A DNA stretch of 61,100 nt, the filler included, from Bipalium vagum (taxonomy: Eukaryota): the NCBI GenBank assembly GCA_037834085.1. It is 3 parts of 3 records of this genome, joined end to end, with 100 filler letters (N's around TTAATTAATTAA, not from the genome) between each part and the next. Parts side by side here need not be neighbours in the genome. Positions count along the whole stretch, not along the records: positions 44,810 to 61,100 come from JBBMKC010117772.1; 2 more parts are not named here. One strand, written 5' to 3'. Position numbers and translations under genes: made by a program. A model generated the notes under the pieces. The model was not told the DNA's origin and did no database searches. It was given only the letters and a program-made list of their open reading frames with translations. This document shows positions 49,026 through 61,100 of this stretch, piece by piece. Positions within the stretch are counted from its first letter, which is position 1; the number at the start of each line of letters is the position of its first letter.

Positions 49026-49485
49026 TACTCAGATGATTTTATATATGGCGTAGAGTATAATTGGAATAACTACGATTTCCCTAATGGTATAGGATGAATT
49101 CTGATTGATGATTATTTGAGATCACTTGAATCAGTCTCACAAATAATCGATCGGGTCGGATTATGTCATTTATATTGAATTTTTTGGATTATGCTTTTTC
49201 GTATTGCATAACCTCTATCTACACTACACACTTGTCTGGGTCTCCGTTACTCACTTAACAAAGCAATATAATACCTGTTTTAAAAAAAAAATACATACCG
49301 GTTTTTAAGTAATATAACAAAGTAAAACAAGTAAAAAAGTAAGTAATATATAAAAAGTAATAGTTTTTTTAAACCTATAATATTACCATAAGTTTTGTAC
49401 ACAACAACTCAAAAAAAACTTGTGGAAAAAGTGTGAAAAACCCACTAGATATAAGTGAATGTTAAAATGATTAAAAAAATAAAAA

Positions 49486-49831
49486 TACACAATAGTAGCA
49501 AAAAGTAGCGCACCAAAAACGTAATAAGAAAATTTATTTGTTTAAGTGCATCAAATTATTACAATTTGACGAGGTGTGATTAAATTTATTGTCAATTACA
49601 TTTGACTTTATATCTATCTTTTATATGAAAGATACTATGGCATTATCAACTAGGTGAACTTGTATTGATGGTACCACAAATAGATCTATGGGTGACAGAT
49701 TTAATCAGACTCATCCTGATCATTTATAACATATTATGTTATATTTGATTTTATAAGTATAACATATTTTTTGTTAATAATTTATCATACGAAATTTTTG
49801 TTTTGGTGCGCTACTTTTTGACCACCCTGTA
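49486..49831. mobile_element. Tc1/mariner-type MITE
   Basis: Inverted repeat CAAAAAGTAGCGCACCAAAA / TTTTGGTGCGCTACTTTTTG. The right end finishes ACCACCCTG-TA. No ORF. Confidence 0.8.
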
Positions 49832-49879
49832 TAAATCAAAATTTTAATATTTAAATTTAATTATAAATTAATGATAAAA

Positions 49880-50068
49880 ATATTACTATTACTACTATTA
49901 TTATTACTATTATTATAATAAAATTATTATTATTATAAAAATTATTATTATTATTATTATAAAAATTAAAAAAATTATTATTATTATAAAATTATTATTA
50001 TTATAAAAATTATTATTATTATTATTATTATAAAAATTATTATTATTATAAAAATTATTATTATTATG
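49880..50068. repeat. compound (ATT)n-AAAA minisatellite
   Basis: Repeated units of (ATT)n separated by ATAAAA. Confidence 0.9.
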
Positions 50069-51294
50069 ATCATCCTTTATGATACATCTGGTTAGTTCTG
50101 TTTATAACTTTATCAAACTCGTGTTTATTATACAAAATTCTACATGTAAAGGAAATGGAGATGTTCATAGGGAGTTTATGAGCACAAATTTCAATGGGAA
50201 ACTTCAAAATATAATTAATTGTAAAAATGTTCTCAAAATAACTTGAGTGGATCGACTTGCATAATCAATTACTTTCATCCTTTTAATTTTAGGCAATTTC
50301 ATTTTTATACAAAATTGAAAATTTTCAAACATTATACAAAATAAAATTTCCGAATTTTTCATTGTATAATTTTTCTTTTATAATATATTAAAAATAAATA
50401 ATATTTTCCGAATTTCCATTTTTATTATTTAATAATAAAAATATAAATTACATTCTTTTTTTTTAATTTCAAAAAACATTTTAAAGATCTTTCCATTAAC
50501 TTGTCTAAGCTTAAACTTAGTTGGTTTAAAACAAAAATTAAATCTAATTAATTAATAATTATTATCAATTAAAATTCAGAATAAAAATTGATATTTGATC
50601 TCTTGGAAAAAATTCCACAAACAATCCAAATTGGTATTTCCACAATAAAATTTATTGTTGAATAATTTAATTAATTAATTCCCTTTGTTATCGTATGATT
50701 CGTAAAGTTATTTTCCAAATTCTTTGATTTGGTTATTTTGTTTGAATCAATTGTATTGTTGAAATCTTATAACAATAGATATCCGGGAATCAGGTATCTT
50801 TTCAACAATGGAGTTCAATTCACAGATAGCGAAACGTTTCGGGGAATAATATATTGGAATGATTATGTTTTTGTTACTGGAATATATCAATGATTAATAT
50901 CATTATTTTATCAATTTATCAATTTCAACAAAAGACTGCCAAAATTTTCGTTCTTTGTTTTAATGAAAAGCCGAAATATTTTTTAATGAAATGAAAAACA
51001 GTTTAACTCTGCGTACCTTTTTTTGTGATTAGACGTAAATAATTTTATATGTTGATATATTTAGAAACCAAATTTTATTTTTTTTAATTAAAAAATAAAT
51101 AATACATTTTTCTGTCTGTTTTTGAAACCGGTGTATTTCAAAAGTAAATTCTAGTTTCAAAAGATTTTTATGGGTGATTGATAAACCGTTGATACATCTA
51201 TAAATATCTATTTTTGTTTAGCTGCACTATTGTCTATAATAGTTTTTTTATAATTTAAATTTTTTAATATAGTTATATATTATATTATATATAT

Positions 51295-51855
51295 GCGTAT
51301 GAACACTGTCCAAAACAGGATTTACATCCGAAATAGTGGTATACATTTTTTCGTTTCTAAAACAGAGTAAAACTATTATTTGCGAAAAATATTGTTCCGA
51401 AATTTAAATAATGCATTGAAAAATTATACATTAAATGATCGTCACTGATCAATAGAAAATGATTCACCCTGTTGCATGACAATGTACGACCACGTTTGGT
51501 GAAGAAGACGTTCCAGAGCTGCTTAAAAAACGACTTAAACATTGAAATTTTACCACATCCTCTTTATTCAGCAAACATGTCACTGACCGATTGCCATTTT
51601 TGAAGCATTTGGGTAATTTCTTGGTTTAAAGAATCAACGCTGATCAGCGTAATGTCGAAATCGCCAAATCCGAATTCCAGGACTCCGGAAAATCAGATTT
51701 TTATGCAAATGGAATTCTGAAATTACTCTCCGGATGGGAAATGTGTGGAATATAATGGTGAATATTTTAGTTAAATAAAAATATATTATTGGACTTTTTA
51801 ATATTTTATTGTTTATTGTGTAATCGGATATTTCGTATGTGACAACTTAGTATTA
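51295..51855 (+). mobile_element. mariner 3' remnant
   Basis: PKQDLHPK, LLHDNVRPR, ILPHPLYS, DFYANGILKLLSGWE, TIR-like end. Confidence 0.82.
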
Positions 51856-51949
51856 TTTGTAGTGATAAATTAAGCAATAAAAAATAATATCGATTGGACT
51901 TTATTTCATTTCGAAAAAGATGAGAACCAGAAAACTGAATATTAAAAAA

Positions 51950-52800
51950 AATTTTTGCATGGTTTTAACAAATTTTCTTCAGCCAACTCGATGTCCTTTA
52001 AGCAGGTTGCCTCAATTTCGAAAAAAATCGAAATCGAAGATGAATCATTAGTTCACAACCAAAATCATACCGTTTTTCATCAACACTATAGGACATGCAT
52101 TATATTTAAGGCTTCACCTAAAAGTTGTACATTGCCTTATAATCAGTTCACGTTGAAAAAATTAAAAAAACTATTCAAAAATATTTATTCAAATAAAACA
52201 ATTCAATTTCCCCAGGAATATCACCATAAGCACCAATAGCCTTAAATGCATTTGTGTACAGTTTCAATACCTTTATAAATTGTGGTCCAAGTCTTTCCTG
52301 TTTTGTGATGAAGATATCATTAAATGCGAATGTTTTATCCATGTATCCTAATCGCTGTGCAAGGCGAACACAACTGGTACTGACACTGTTCCACAAATTA
52401 TTCGCCCATGTGATGACCTCTTTTAGACCTAGATTCACGAAGTTTCCATGTTTGTTTTTTGCATTCTGTTTTCGATGTATCATTTATGTTGTCACGCAAG
52501 CGGTCTTTAAAAGATTTATAAATCATATAATCAATAGAATCAACCATTCCGTTTAATAGTAAATTAACTAACTGACATAACAAAGTAATAAAGTCATGCC
52601 ATACTACACAAAATCAATAGATGCCTTATAACAGATGTCTTTTAAAAAGGGAAACACGATAATATCTCTTTTTGTTAACTTATCTGTGTGTCAATCTCAT
52701 GATATTCCAATTACTCCCATATCTTTCACAGGCAGTAAAATATATTTTTGTGTCATGTTTAATGCACCAGTCAATTTAAATCGTATGTGGTAGTATCCAA
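51950..52800 (-). mobile_element. pogo-like transposase 3' remnant
   Basis: GMT...DYMIYKSFKDRLR and HGNF...VITWANNLWNSVS resemble the pogo D..KPFK / GN..WVxxAW region. Confidence 0.55.
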
Positions 52801-53199
52801 CAAATAAAATTTGCAATTAGAAGGTTGTTGAATGTGAAATGACGATTTTTGAATCTTATGTTTAAACAATCATCAGTTTTTAATAAGAATTTATTTTAAA
52901 AAAGTAATTACCATAAATTAAAAATCAGTACCTTTTTGTTTAAATAAGTTTAGATATGGTATTAACATAAAATTTGGGAATCGATGGAATGCTGAACAGC
53001 ATTTTCAAAGGACTCTTGTTTGGTAAAATTTTTCACTTAATTCAGATTCTTAAAAAATGAAGGTCAGTTGTCGACAAATCTGATGAATGTGATGGATTAG
53101 TCAAGCCTTCGGTACTCAACCTCTCCATGTTTTTAACGTTAAACGTGAGACATAGAGTCAAAATAGATAGAGACAAAACATAGAGACAAATCCGATTAA

Positions 53200-54040
53200 T
53201 TAAAGACGAGCGTTTTCATACAATTTTGTTTGCATTTCGTGGAATTTAGTTCAATATTTTTCTGCTTTAATAGTTCGACCGCGTTTCAAAAAGTTACAAC
53301 GAATTACTCCAATTTTTGATAACTGAATAGTCATCATTGTCTTCTTTGGATGCAAACTTAATTTTCAAACTCTTCTTTTTCCAGCCGTTGTGCTGATCTA
53401 TGACGGTATACATTTTTAGTCGCATGTGATTATTCGACCAAGAAATGGTTGATTTCGATTTCGTAAAAATAATGACGAAAACGATATTATTTATGATTAT
53501 CGTTCAGTTCATGAGGAATCCATTTATCCAGTTTTAATTCTCTTCAATGGATCTCGAATGATTTCAAACTATTAAAAGACCTAATCCCAGATTAGTTCCA
53601 ATCTCTTGAACTGTTGAACGCGAATTTTGTTAAACTAATTATTTCAAATATTCATTTTTGACGATGCTAGTTGACCTATCACGTTCATCATTGCACAGAT
53701 TTGTATGTTCCTCTTTGAACTTTTTAAATCATCATTGAGATGTGTGTACTTCACAAGCATTATTTCCAAGAGATCCTCTAAGTTATTGGTATTTTGTTTT
53801 AGCCAAGTTTAAATTTATATAGTAAAAATCGCACTTATTCATCATATTCTGCAAAAATTATAAAATAATATAAATATCAACATATCTTACAAGGAACATT
53901 AGTTTTAAAGAAGCCATAAAACAATCAAATTAATGAATGCCTTGACAATTAGAACTAGCTTAAACAAAACAAATCATAATCAACAACATTTTATATTGTA
54001 AAACCTGATGTGTATTTCCAAATTATGTTGGTCTAACATA
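53200..54040 (-). mobile_element. mariner 5' remnant
   Basis: LDKWIPHELNDN (WVPHEL motif) and a TIR-like end near 54040. Confidence 0.8.
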
Positions 54041-55248
54041 GTTTTGTTCTTAATATAAAAAATTACCAAAATCTGGTTTACATGTCGAAATCAATTAATG
54101 TAAGCTTCTACAAGACTGCGGACTGCTTCCTCAGCAGTTGTCTTGGCAACATGATTTCCCGAAAAGGTTGCTATTTTGGATATGGCAATATTTTCAAATT
54201 GATGTATTATTTAAACATGAACGATTTAATCAATAAAGATAATCAATGATACTTTTAAAAATATTTATTAGATGATGTCTGATTTTAAGAATCCATACAA
54301 TCAAAAAGTCAAATACATAAACGTATTTTGGTAATTTTTATTTTAATATTTTGAAAAGAAATAATGAAATAAAATTAATAAAAGCTTTTAAAGTTACATA
54401 AATTATTTTATGATAATAATTTTAATTTTATTTTATAAAAAAATTATAAATGCAAATTATATTATAAATATACACAATGAATAATATTGAAAATATATTT
54501 ACTGAGGTGAAAATATTATTTATTTATTTAATTTAATTATAGAATTACTTTCAATCGATAAATGTTCCACAATCTTTTACTAAATAATTGTCCATCTTCA
54601 TATTATAAAGTCATTACCTCACAATTAATTTCATTGCTTTAAACAAAAAAAACCTGTGTATGTTATTAGTAATTAAATTGAGATAATTTTATAACCTTTG
54701 CTTATTCAAGCCACGGGGATTGATTATTATAATTAGAAAAAATATTTGCAGAAAATTATTATTAGTACTTTTGTAATAATTATCATTATTTCTTATGAAT
54801 TAATTAAGAATAATTTCATAATTGAAGTAAACATTCCTAAATCAAAATAATTAATTTATGGTTAAAATATTATTCAGTTTAATTCATATATTTGCTTCTT
54901 GTGAATATTTAATTATATATTTTTAATTTTTAGTAAAAATAATAGTACTGAAATTTATTTTATTCGATATTATTTTTATTAAAATTATTTAAAGTTAATT
55001 TATAAAATTTTTATTTTTATATTATCTTTTATGCTTATTATAATTATTTCGCTTAAATATTGTTAATACCTAAATTTAATAATTATTAACTTTAACTCTT
55101 TAATTATAAATTCCTTTAATAATATTATATTTATCTAACTATTTAATTAATACTTAATAGTTTATTTAACTTTACATAAATGAATCATAATTTCCATTTT
55201 GTTTTATTTTACTTAAATATAAACTGATTTAACACATAAAGCACATAA

Positions 55249-55660
55249 TACTAGGCTGTCCGAAAAGTTACTGGCTTTGACCATTAATAACAAGATTAAG
55301 TAAAAGTTTATATGCTTATTTTAAAGAACAATCTTCTAAATTAATGAATATAAAATGTTATTGATTTCGTAAATTATTTCGTTTTATGCAATCAATTTAA
55401 ATGCTTATAATAGCTGCATTTTTGAAAATGGACAAAAACAAATTTAAGATATTAATGAAACATTATTTTATGAAAAGGAAAAACCCAACAGAAACCAAAG
55501 CAAGTTTGGACAAGCATTGTGGGCAATCAGCACCGTCGTATTACACTATTAAAAATTGATAATCAGATTTCAAACGAGGTTACACACACACTAAAGATAA
55601 ATGTCGTAGTGGCCGTCCAATTGAGGAAACAACTGACCCACATATCGAGCTAATACAAAA
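55249..55660 (+). mobile_element. Himar1-like mariner 5' remnant
   Basis: TIR TACTAGGCTGTCCGAAAAGT; MDKNKFKILMKHYFMKRKNPTETKASLDKHCGQSAPS...FKRG...RSGRP. Confidence 0.85.
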
Positions 55661-56038
55661 AGGATAGTATATTATAAAATATTTCTCTTATTATTTTTTA
55701 AGTAAAATAAATTATAATATTAAAAAGCAGAGACAAAAATCTCATTTATTTTTATTTTCACTTTTTCAATAATTCACACAATTAATTATTACATGACCGT
55801 TTTCAGTTTGAGTATGTTTTGATAAAAAATTATTCACCTAAATAATTGTTTGAGATAAGATTTGACGTGTAAAAATTGTTTTTATTTATTTTTATATTTT
55901 AAAATATTTTTAAGTAAATATGATTAAATATTTTTTTTATTTGATCTTTTTTTTTAATTTCGTTTATTTTTAAATATTTTTCTTAAATGTATTAAAATGA
56001 TTATCAAATGTGACCATTAATTCTTCAATATACACAGT

Positions 56039-56212
56039 NNNNNNNNNNNNNNNNNNNNNNNNNNNNNNNNNNNNNNNNNNNNNNNNNNNNNNNNNNNNNN
56101 NNNNNNNNNNNNNNNNNNNNNNNNNNNNNNNNNNNNNNNNNNNNNNNNNNNNNNNNNNNNNNNNNNNNNNNNNNNNNNNNNNNNNNNNNNNNNNNNNNNN
56201 NNNNNNNNNNNN
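56039..56212. other. assembly gap
   Basis: Run of N. Confidence 0.98.
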
Positions 56213-56329
56213 CTGATAATCATCCAACAGTTGATGAGGTCATGCTTTTTATATTACGTTATTATATTCCATGAGATTCAGAATTTTGTTAGGTATAAAA
56301 GGTAGTTGAAAAGAATGGAATCATACCAA

Positions 56330-57050
56330 AAACGGAGTGAAGAAAAGAAAAGAATACTAATAAAAAATTTATGTAAGGTTCTGTGAGATATTTAATAAAA
56401 TGCTGATTTTTCTATTAATCTACCTACTTAAATTTTTCTCACCCTACTGAAGGATTAAGCAATCAATTATTTATTATGACTCGGACGACCATTAATGGTT
56501 CCTCAACAATTCCTCATATTGGAAATCCAGAAGATTGATATCTAGTAATGATGGAGGTCACATCTCTTTGTTCCAGAAATGATCAAAATTCTCTTTGCAC
56601 CACTGTTGCGCACGTTTTGCTCCCGGTGCGGTGCACCACCATACGTGAAAGAGACTTCCACTTGATGAAACAGAGATTGGATCCAAAGTAACACTTTTTC
56701 TCTTAAAAAATTCAGATAAGGTGATTGACTGATTTTAACTCAATCAATAATACAAAAAACGGAACATTTTTTTCCATTTGATGCCAATGCTGCCAAAAGC
56801 ACAATTGAGGGCACTGATTTGCTCATAATCGAAAGGACATTTTACAAAGATGCAACCCTCTTATCTCATTTTATGTGAAGCTCATCTCAGACCAAGGAGA
56901 AGCAAGAAAATAATATTTAAATGACAGTAGAACATTAAAGTGTACATATTACATAATCAATAATACTCCCAGATCTGGCTGATCCTTCCATTCAGATGGC
57001 TGCCTTTAAAACCTCCGTCTCATTGATCATAGTTTTTAAAGATATTTTTC
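56330..57050 (-). mobile_element. maT/DD37D-like remnant
   Basis: Across frameshifts: GAP-H...QQWCKENFDHFWNKEM*PPSLLDINLLDF (the WPPxSPDLNPLDF motif). Confidence 0.72.
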
Positions 57051-60000
57051 CAGAACTTTTAATTACATCGTAACAAAAATGTATATTGATATCAATGAAT
57101 TTTTATATTTCTTTTATATTTTATTATTTAATATTGGTTGCGGAAAATTATCACTTTAACAATCAAATCTTGATTAAATTGTCCAGGCATTATTTTATCT
57201 CAAGTTGCATTTCTCATATTTTCGACTATTATTTATAATTAATCATTTTATTATTACTTATTATTTATTATTTATTTACAATATTAATAATAATATCAGC
57301 TCATTTTATTGACAATAATTTTAAAAATGTACACGTTATTTTCTAAATAATTTTATTGTAACCCTAAAAAAGTAATTAAAAAAGTAATAATTATTGTATT
57401 TTATTATTTTTTATTATTTTATTTATTTATTATTATTTTATATTAAACAGAAAAAAAATTTAAACATAAATAATAAATTAAATATAAATAAATAAATAAA
57501 TAAATTTATTAAAAAATATAATTCGATGTAAATTATTTAAACCTAAATAAATTAAAATTAAATTAAAAATATTTCTTAAAAAAAATAAGTTATTTATTTA
57601 AATAATAATATAATAATAAGAAAGTTTGTTTGTTATATTAACGACATTTAAGATGTTTCCGTTTTTAAATTAAAATTAATCGAAAAAGCTAATGATAAAA
57701 TTTTATTATTTATTATTTATTAATATTGGCCGATAACTACAAAAGTAAACAAGGTGATTTTTGACATTTTCCAAATAAAATAATATTTTTTGTGACATTC
57801 CTCATTTATGTAAAGATAATTTTCGTAAATTGTAATTTATTTTTATCAGTATTTTTTAATCTGGAGAAAAAGCACACCTTTGTTTTTACTAATGCAAGAT
57901 AAGATTTTAAACAAACATTTTTTGATAACGGAAAAATTTATGAAGAAAATAATTTTTGAGGATTGCATTCAACTCGAAGGAAGAGAGAGGGACAAGGTGG
58001 TGAAAGGAGATTCTGAATGTAACCATTTTGCAAATTTAGTGATGGGTGGAAATAATTGGAAAAAATAATTAAAGTATTTCTTATTTTATTAATAAATAAT
58101 ATTAAAAACTGTCTGATTATGTCGAGATCTTATCAAATGAAAAGGTTTAACTTGTCCAATAATAATGAAAGAATCAATAATAATATTTCATATTATATAA
58201 CGGTAATTTATTTGAAAATTATTCAATAATATAAAAAAATTTGTTTTAATGATATTGATAAAAGTGCATCAAATATTAAGTTCATACATATAAATATATT
58301 TATAGTGTATTTAAAAATATAAAGCATTTTTATAAAAAAAATCCAAAAATTAATATAATTAATAAAATAAAAAAATACATATAAAAATAAAAATAAAAAA
58401 TATAATAAACTTTAGGGAATAAATAATAATAAAAAAATAATAAAATAGAATAAAACATAAAAAATAAATTTAAAGATATATTTATAAAACAGAAATATAT
58501 TAAGTGTATATATTTAAATCATAAAATATTAAGGTATTTATAAAATTTGTTTAAAATAATATATTTTTAATGTAACTTTAGTAAGTATAAATAAAAAATA
58601 TTATTATTTTCTTTTATATTAATAATAAGAAAAGTAATAAAAATAAGTAAATCAAAAGTATCTTAAGTTATTATTATTTCTCATAATTCACTTTAAATAA
58701 ATTCTTCATATAATAAATTTTATTTCTAATTTCTTTTGGTTTTTATATAAATGACCTAAAATGATTAAAAGTGATAATATCGATAATAATAATTAATTAT
58801 AATGTTTAGTAAAATGATTATAATATTTATTTTCTGCTTTTTATTTTAATAAATTAACTTTGTAGTACAAATGTTTTCATTGTAAATATTTTTGTTTTAA
58901 ATCTATTTCTTATTGAAAATGAAAATTCATTTTATTTATTTTCTTTTTTTTTTAAAATAATAAATTTTTAATAATAAAAAACGATGTCAAGAAAAATAAA
59001 AATTTTTCAAACTTGAAATAGTTTCATTACAATTATTTAGTATCACAAGTTTATATTGGATTAAAATTTGTTTTAATCTAATTCTATAAAAATTAATTTT
59101 CCTAGTTTATATAAATAATCATCAAGAAATTACCTTGAGAGAAATTGAATATCAAGTCAATAAAGGTAAGCAATTAAGGTTGTGCAACGAAGATCGAACA
59201 ATCGACCAAACTTGTGTAAAAATTAGAAAAATAATTATTTTTCCAAGTTTAAATAAACAAAATATTAATAATTATTTTAATTACTTTTAAAAGAATTTTA
59301 AAATTATGTTTATTTAATCCTGGAAATTATATTTTAAGTATAATTAAAAAAATTAAATAATTCATTGAAATTAATTTAGAAAGGAGTGGTGAAATATTTT
59401 CAACATTATTTTAGTTTTCCGTAATGTATTGATTCAACATTTGAAAATTAATTTAAAATTTTTTATTTATATTTTAATTATTTTTTTTCTATATATTTAA
59501 TTATCATTATGGTGATATGAAACAAGTACACAATAACTAGCAGATCATTACATTTTATTCGTGTAATGAAAACATGAATATTATAAAAACTATTTATTAA
59601 CATTTTAAAATTAAATTTTCTCTAATAAAAGGGCGCATAAATGTAACACATTGAGAAATTTATCCGAATTACGGGATAATTGAAAAATGTATTAATAAAA
59701 ATCTTTGAAACTGGAACATTACATGTGCAATGCCTTAATGCAGAATTTACACAGAATAAGTATAATTTAAACAATTATACACAAGAATGAAAAATAAAGG
59801 TCTAAATATTTGATCTGGAAAATTTCATTCTGCTAAAGAATTAAATATTAGAAATTATAGAAATAATATTATATTTTTTAGAAATAAATAAATAAAAATA
59901 AAAGATATATACTTTATTCAAGCGGAACATAAATAATTTATAAATTTTAATTTTATAATTTTATAGTTAAATTTAATTTATATTTTCAAAAAAAGTTTAA

Positions 60001-60619
60001 AAAAGTTTTTTTCTTATAATTGATTTTAAAATTTAATATTACAAGGTTGAGAAAGTTTAGGAAGTGGGTTACTTTAAGTGATTATTGCGTTTCATAAGTG
60101 ACATAATCATAAAATCGATATTGAGTAAATCTAAATCAAAGACTTTAGAAAATATGGTTCAAAAATTATCTTTCAATGAGTTACTATGATTTTGAATGAC
60201 TAAAAGAAAAGAACGATTCAGTTATAAGCTTTTTTTTTAAAAAGCTTTTTTTTTAAAAGTGAATAATTGAGGATTTGCTTTATTCCAGGAAGAAGTTTAA
60301 TTTTAGTTGAATTTTAATATTACTTTGATTTTATCGATATTCTTTTTTTTTAAATTGATTATGTGTATAATAAGAAATAAATGCACAGACATTAATTGAT
60401 TTTAAAATAATTATTTTTAATATTTATATAAACTTATTATAACTTATACCTATACTTAATAATTTTTAAAAAACAAATTTTGGGATACCTTATGTAAATC
60501 CTGGTTAGAATCAACCTTAGAGTGCCACTTGTTTTATTTACCTATTTTAATGGTTTTATTTTCATATATTGCCTTATTTAAACTACATTTAAAAATAAAT
60601 TTATATTTTAGATTACAGG

Positions 60620-60950
60620 TTTATGCAGAAATATATAGAAAAATATTCAATATATATAGAAAATTATTCAGAAATATATAAAAAAAATCAGAAAATAATC
60701 AGAAAAAAGAAATACTTGAAAAACTATTACACAAAAAGTTATCACAAAGAAAATTTGCTGCGAAACATGGTGTTACCAAGACAGCTATACAGAACATATG
60801 ATCTGAAAAAGATTTGATTAATTTGCAAAACATAAGTTAGGGAAAAGGTAACAGGTTAATAGAAAGATAATTATGATGCTGGACAATTGCAGTTCTTATA
60901 TTGGCATAGAGTTATCTAATGTCAAATTGATATTTTTACCTTTAATCAAA
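60620..60950 (+). mobile_element. Tigger/jerky-like remnant with internal deletion
   Basis: LSQRKFAAKHGVTKTAIQNI (psq-type HTH) followed by IIMMLDNCSS..ELSNVKLIFLP (DDE_1 motif). Confidence 0.72.
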
Positions 60951-61100
60951 GTTATTATGGGGAGAGATTATTAATTAACAAAAAAGTAATGTCGTTGTTT
61001 TTAGGGATATTATACAAAAAATAATAATAGATATTAATAATTACTAAAATTAGAAAATAATAAAAATAAAATTATACAGGTTACTAAAAATAGATTTTAG

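Noticed and set aside
53078-53165. CTGATGA followed by a stem as a hammerhead ribozyme
   Set aside because: The second core box reads TAAAC instead of GAAAC and stem I cannot form.
1-61100. Prokaryotic systems (CRISPR, operons, defence islands), rRNA, tRNA
   Set aside because: Spliceosomal introns and eukaryotic genes throughout; no repeat-spacer array or recognisable structural RNA gene was seen.

Overview
Very AT-rich eukaryotic genomic DNA, most likely from a flatworm (Platyhelminthes). The taxon call rests on a tegument-allergen-like EF-hand/dynein-light-chain gene and is an inference. Three host genes can be rebuilt by hand: a complete 5-exon TAL gene (10014-10842, 176 aa), the 3' nine exons of a neutral ceramidase (23668-34358, 5' exons not in this window), and an intronless C-terminal-motor kinesin-14 (38743-41961). 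Much of the rest is decayed mobile DNA. It includes many mariner fragments, Tc1 (DD34E), DD37E, DD37D, rosa-like, pogo/Tigger, Buster-type hAT and Merlin elements, Ty3/gypsy pieces with a solo LTR, and a fragmented Polinton/Maverick-like endogenous virus (protein-primed PolB, capsid genes) spread over about 11.9-20.8 kb and split by later insertions. There are four assembly gaps. Two carry an artificial TTAATTAATTAA linker, so continuity across 21.2 kb and 44.7 kb is not guaranteed. No rRNA, tRNA or CRISPR was seen. I found no intact novel multi-gene system. The best leads are the Polinton relic, the TAL locus, the repeat-bearing intronless kinesin, an in-frame catalytically deleted transposase and a weak SL-RNA-like structure. 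All family assignments come from motif recognition by eye, without database searches.
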